Shown here in pieces: positions 35,970-39,290 of a stretch of 39,290 bases of DNA (its first letter is position 1; every line of letters begins with the position of its first letter). This DNA is from Gallionella sp. (GTDB lineage Bacteria > Pseudomonadota > Gammaproteobacteria > Burkholderiales > Gallionellaceae). The notes under the pieces are model-generated. The model did not search any database, had not been told where the DNA came from, and saw only the letters and a program-made list of their open reading frames with translations. Made by a program: the position numbers and the translations under genes. Location: assembly GCA_029850565.1 (NCBI GenBank), contig JARCRR010000039.1, positions 1-39,290 of the forward strand, in the 5' to 3' direction.

Positions 35970-36427
35970 TTATTTTCTTCTTTCAGTAGATTGGCGGCGC
36001 GCGCTTGTGCTTCGGGTGTCAATGTAGCCGCTTGCTGGACGATCGCTCTACGTTTGCGCAATTGGATGAACAGCACGGCGATACCGAGCAGCAACAATAT
36101 GAATGGCGCGGTCCACAAGGGCATGGTCTCTTTATCGACAGGCGGATCGAACAGCACAGATTTGCCGAAGCGCTCCACCAGCATATCCATGATCTCTTGA
36201 TCACTGGCACCTGCTTTCATCTTGTCGCGCATGATCTGGCGCACATCGTTCGACCAATCTGAATGCGAGCTGGCGACGTTCTCACTTTGGCACACCAAGC
36301 AACGCACCTTCTCTGCCAGGTCGATCATGCGCCTTTCCATCACCGGATCTTCAGCCAAGTCCTTGGCTTCGCCCGCGTAAGCGAAGGTCGGCAATACCAA
36401 CAATAATGCAATCAAGAAATTCTTCAT
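35966..36427 (-). CDS. ccmH: Cytochrome c biogenesis protein CcmH
   Basis: RCLVCQ motif, ERFG..VLFDPP and a C-terminal TM segment. Confidence 0.93.
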   Translation of the reverse strand: MKNFLIALLLVLPTFAYAGEAKDLAEDPVMERRMIDLAEKVRCLVCQSENVASSHSDWSNDVRQIMRDKMKAGASDQEIMDMLVERFGKSVLFDPPVDKETMPLWTAPFILLLLGIAVLFIQLRKRRAIVQQAATLTPEAQARAANLLKEENK

Positions 36428-36951
36428 TTTTTGTTCAGCTCCGCAACGAGAGGCAAGATACGGTCGCGCAGATTTTGCGGTGTCACAGCGCCAATAATCT
36501 TGTCGCGAATCACCCCCTGCTTGTCGATGATGTAAGTCTCGGGAACACCATACACCCCGTAATCGAAACCAACTTTGCCATCGGCATCGAACAACGTCAG
36601 CGTGTATGGATCACCCGCCTTGCGAAGTACTGCCTCGCCGTCTTCACGTTTGTCTTTGTAGTTCAAACCCAGCACAGGAACGATCTTTTGAGCTGCCAGA
36701 TCCATCAGTATGGGATGTTCGTCTTTACACGCCCCGCACCATGACGCCCAAACGTTCAACAACCAAACTTGTCCCTTCATGTCCTCCGTGGCGAACTGCT
36801 TCTTCGCGTCGTATAACAGCGGCAGGCTGAACACAGGCGCAGGTTTATCGATCAACGGTGACGGTACTTCACGCGGGTCTCGCCCCAGGCCGATATACAA
36901 GAACACAGACAGAACCACGAATGCCACGAAGGGCAATATGAAACGCATCAT
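36424..36951 (-). CDS. ccmG: Thiol:disulfide interchange protein CcmG/DsbE
   Basis: NVWASWCGAC and GVYGVPETY. Confidence 0.95.
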   Translation of the reverse strand: MMRFILPFVAFVVLSVFLYIGLGRDPREVPSPLIDKPAPVFSLPLLYDAKKQFATEDMKGQVWLLNVWASWCGACKDEHPILMDLAAQKIVPVLGLNYKDKREDGEAVLRKAGDPYTLTLFDADGKVGFDYGVYGVPETYIIDKQGVIRDKIIGAVTPQNLRDRILPLVAELNKK

Positions 36952-38924
36952 GCTACGGCCTCCTTCGACTGTTCACCGCTCACCGACTTTGCCTTGCTGT
37001 GGATGCGATAACGACGGTCGCTAATCGCGACAATGCCACCCAGCGCCATCAACAGACAACCCGCCCATATCCAATCGACGAAAGGCTTGATGTAGACACG
37101 CACCGCCCACGCTTCGCTGTCGGGGATGGGCTCACCCAAAGAGACATAGAGGTCGCGCAACAGCCCGGTGCGTATGGATGCTTCGGTCATCGGCATACCG
37201 GAAGCGTTGTATTGACGTTTCTCCGGATTCAATTCGGTCACGAACTTGCCGTCCTTGCTCACGCTCACCCTGCCTTGCGAGGCGACATAGTTCGGACCTT
37301 GCACTTCAGTCACACCATCGAAACGGAACTCGTATCCGCCCGCCTGCACGGTATCACCAACATCCATACGCACATCGCGCTCGGTCTCGTAACCCTTCAC
37401 CATGGTTACGCCGATGATGAACACCGCGATACCGAGGTGAGCCAGTTGCATGCCGTAGTAGCTGCGTGTCGGTGTCTTGAGGCGTTGCATCAAGGTGCCT
37501 TCGTTACCCATGCGACGACGCAGATCGAGCGCACCGGTGATGATCAGCCACGCAGCCAATAACAAGCCCAGCGCGATCATCGACGTCCACTTACCCAATA
37601 CCAGGGGCAACAACAAGGCGATGACGATACTCGCCCCCAGCGCCCAACGGATACGTTGCCAGATATCCGGCAGGCTCGCCTGCTTCCAACGTGCGATGGG
37701 ACCCAAGCCCATCATCATTACCATCGGGATCATCAAGGGAACGAACACCGCATTGAAATACGGAGCGCCGACCGACAACTTGCCGTAACCCAGCGCATCC
37801 ATGAACAGCGGGTAGAGCGTGCCCAAGAACACCGAGGCGGAGGCCACCGAAAGCAGCACGTTATTGGTGAGCAACATGGTCTCACGCGAGATGAGATCGA
37901 ACTTGCCGCCTAGTCCGATCTTGGGTGCACGCCATGCGAACAACAACAAAGAGGCGCCGATGACGATGACCAAAAACGACAGGATGAAGACACCGCGTTT
38001 AGGATCGGTGGCGAAAGCGTGGACTGAAGTCAGCACGCCGGAACGAACCAAGAACGTACCTAACAAAGACAAGGAGAAAGCTGCGATGGCCAACAACACC
38101 GTCCAGCTTTTGAACGCTCCACGCTTCTCGGTCACTGCGAGCGAATGCATCAAAGCCGTACCGACCAACCACGGCATGAAAGAGGCGTTCTCGACCGGAT
38201 CCCAGAACCACCAGCCACCCCAACCCAACTCGTAATACGCCCACCAGCTACCCAAAGCGATACCGACAGTCATGAATACCCACGCCACCGTCGTCCATGG
38301 ACGCGACCAACGGGCCCAAGTCGAATCCAGCTTGCCACCCAACAATGCGGACAGCGCGAAAGCGAAAGCGACCGAGAACCCAACATAGCCCATGTACAAC
38401 ATCGGAGGATGGATGACCAAGCCCGGATCTTGCAGCAACGGATTCAAGTCACGTCCATCCATTGCCGCCGGAAACAGACGATCGAAGGGGTTGGAGGTGA
38501 ACAACATGAACAGCAGGAAGCCAACGGAGATCAAGCCCATCACACCAATCACTCGCGCCACCATCTCCTGCGGCAGATGCTTGCTGAACATCGCCACGGC
38601 GACCGTCCACATCGTCAGGATGAATGTCCACAGCAACAGAGAACCTTCGTGCCCACCCCATAAGGCCGCGACCCGATATGCAGTCGGCAATTGGGAGTTT
38701 GAGTGCTGTGCCACGTACAACACGGAAAAATCGTTGGCGATGAACGAATAGACCAAGCAAGCGATCGCGATGCCCACGAACAAGAATTGTCCAAATGCTA
38801 AAGTACGCGCACTATCCATCCACACCGCATTGCCGCGTGCCGCACCGACGATAGGCAAAACGCCTTGGACAAGGGCGAGAAAGAGTGCAACGATGAGCGT
38901 GAAGTTACCGATCTCTGGAATCAT
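36948..38924 (-). CDS. ccmF: Heme lyase CcmF
   Basis: WGGHEGS, HPPMLY, WGGWWFWDPVEN (WWD) and SVHAF. Confidence 0.98.
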   Translation of the reverse strand: MIPEIGNFTLIVALFLALVQGVLPIVGAARGNAVWMDSARTLAFGQFLFVGIAIACLVYSFIANDFSVLYVAQHSNSQLPTAYRVAALWGGHEGSLLLWTFILTMWTVAVAMFSKHLPQEMVARVIGVMGLISVGFLLFMLFTSNPFDRLFPAAMDGRDLNPLLQDPGLVIHPPMLYMGYVGFSVAFAFALSALLGGKLDSTWARWSRPWTTVAWVFMTVGIALGSWWAYYELGWGGWWFWDPVENASFMPWLVGTALMHSLAVTEKRGAFKSWTVLLAIAAFSLSLLGTFLVRSGVLTSVHAFATDPKRGVFILSFLVIVIGASLLLFAWRAPKIGLGGKFDLISRETMLLTNNVLLSVASASVFLGTLYPLFMDALGYGKLSVGAPYFNAVFVPLMIPMVMMMGLGPIARWKQASLPDIWQRIRWALGASIVIALLLPLVLGKWTSMIALGLLLAAWLIITGALDLRRRMGNEGTLMQRLKTPTRSYYGMQLAHLGIAVFIIGVTMVKGYETERDVRMDVGDTVQAGGYEFRFDGVTEVQGPNYVASQGRVSVSKDGKFVTELNPEKRQYNASGMPMTEASIRTGLLRDLYVSLGEPIPDSEAWAVRVYIKPFVDWIWAGCLLMALGGIVAISDRRYRIHSKAKSVSGEQSKEAVA

Positions 38925-38941
38925 TCTGGAACTTTCAAAAA

Positions 38942-39290
38942 TTATTTTGCGACTGGATATTCTGCGGATGAAGCACTACCGGATGATGCCTTGGCTGCCT
39001 CTGCTTTGTTGATGGCATCGGTAGCTTCGGGTGGCATGTAGTTCTCGTCATGCTTGGCCAAGACTTCCTCAGCGCGGAACACACCGTCTGCCTCGATCTT
39101 GCCTTGCGCGACTACACCCTTACCTTCCTTGAACAGATCGGGAAGGATGCCTTTGTAGACGACGTGCATGTTCTTTGCTGTATCGGTGATGCTGAAATGA
39201 ACGGTCAGGCCATCGCCCTCGCGCTTGACGCTGCCCTCCTCTACCAAACCACCGATGCGGAAGTTACGACCTTGCGGCACTTCTTTGTTG
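38942..39290 (-). CDS. ccmE: Heme chaperone CcmE, 3' part; starts outside the window
   Basis: [14 protein letters not shown] and [11 protein letters not shown] heme-binding motif. Confidence 0.95.
   Translation of the reverse strand, partial: NKEVPQGRNFRIGGLVEEGSVKREGDGLTVHFSITDTAKNMHVVYKGILPDLFKEGKGVVAQGKIEADGVFRAEEVLAKHDENYMPPEATDAINKAEAAKASSGSASSAEYPVAK

Overview
Betaproteobacterial chromosome segment. Gene content and order suggest Gallionellaceae (Sideroxydans/Gallionella-like), which is an inference only. Most of the window is housekeeping: partial cimA, an MFS transporter, aqpZ, grpE-dnaK-dnaJ, a lemA cluster, a cobD-like gene, an assimilatory sulfate-reduction cluster with divergent cysB/cbl, murJ, an AsnO-like amidotransferase and ccmEFGHI. 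The standout is a ~8.3 kb minus-strand accessory block (about 2020-10298) bracketed by a 43-bp direct repeat (41/43 identical) that duplicates the 5' end of the MFS gene. In transcription order it encodes a DUF2779-type nuclease, an HTH-WYL regulator, a possible EVE/PUA-like protein, a PD-(D/E)XK-like nuclease, a short helical-repeat protein, a truncated FtsZ (GTPase domain only), a full-length FtsZ-like protein with a degenerate GTP site, a small unknown protein, a 5'-nucleotidase and a DUF1643-like protein. Two related CG(A/G)C-N7-GTCG palindromes sit at identical spacing from -10-like hexamers, one before the nuclease-WYL operon and one before the FtsZ-pair operon. This suggests a WYL-controlled FtsZ-decoy module acting in division arrest or phage defence; that function is a hypothesis. 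All family calls come from motif recognition by eye; no database searches were run.
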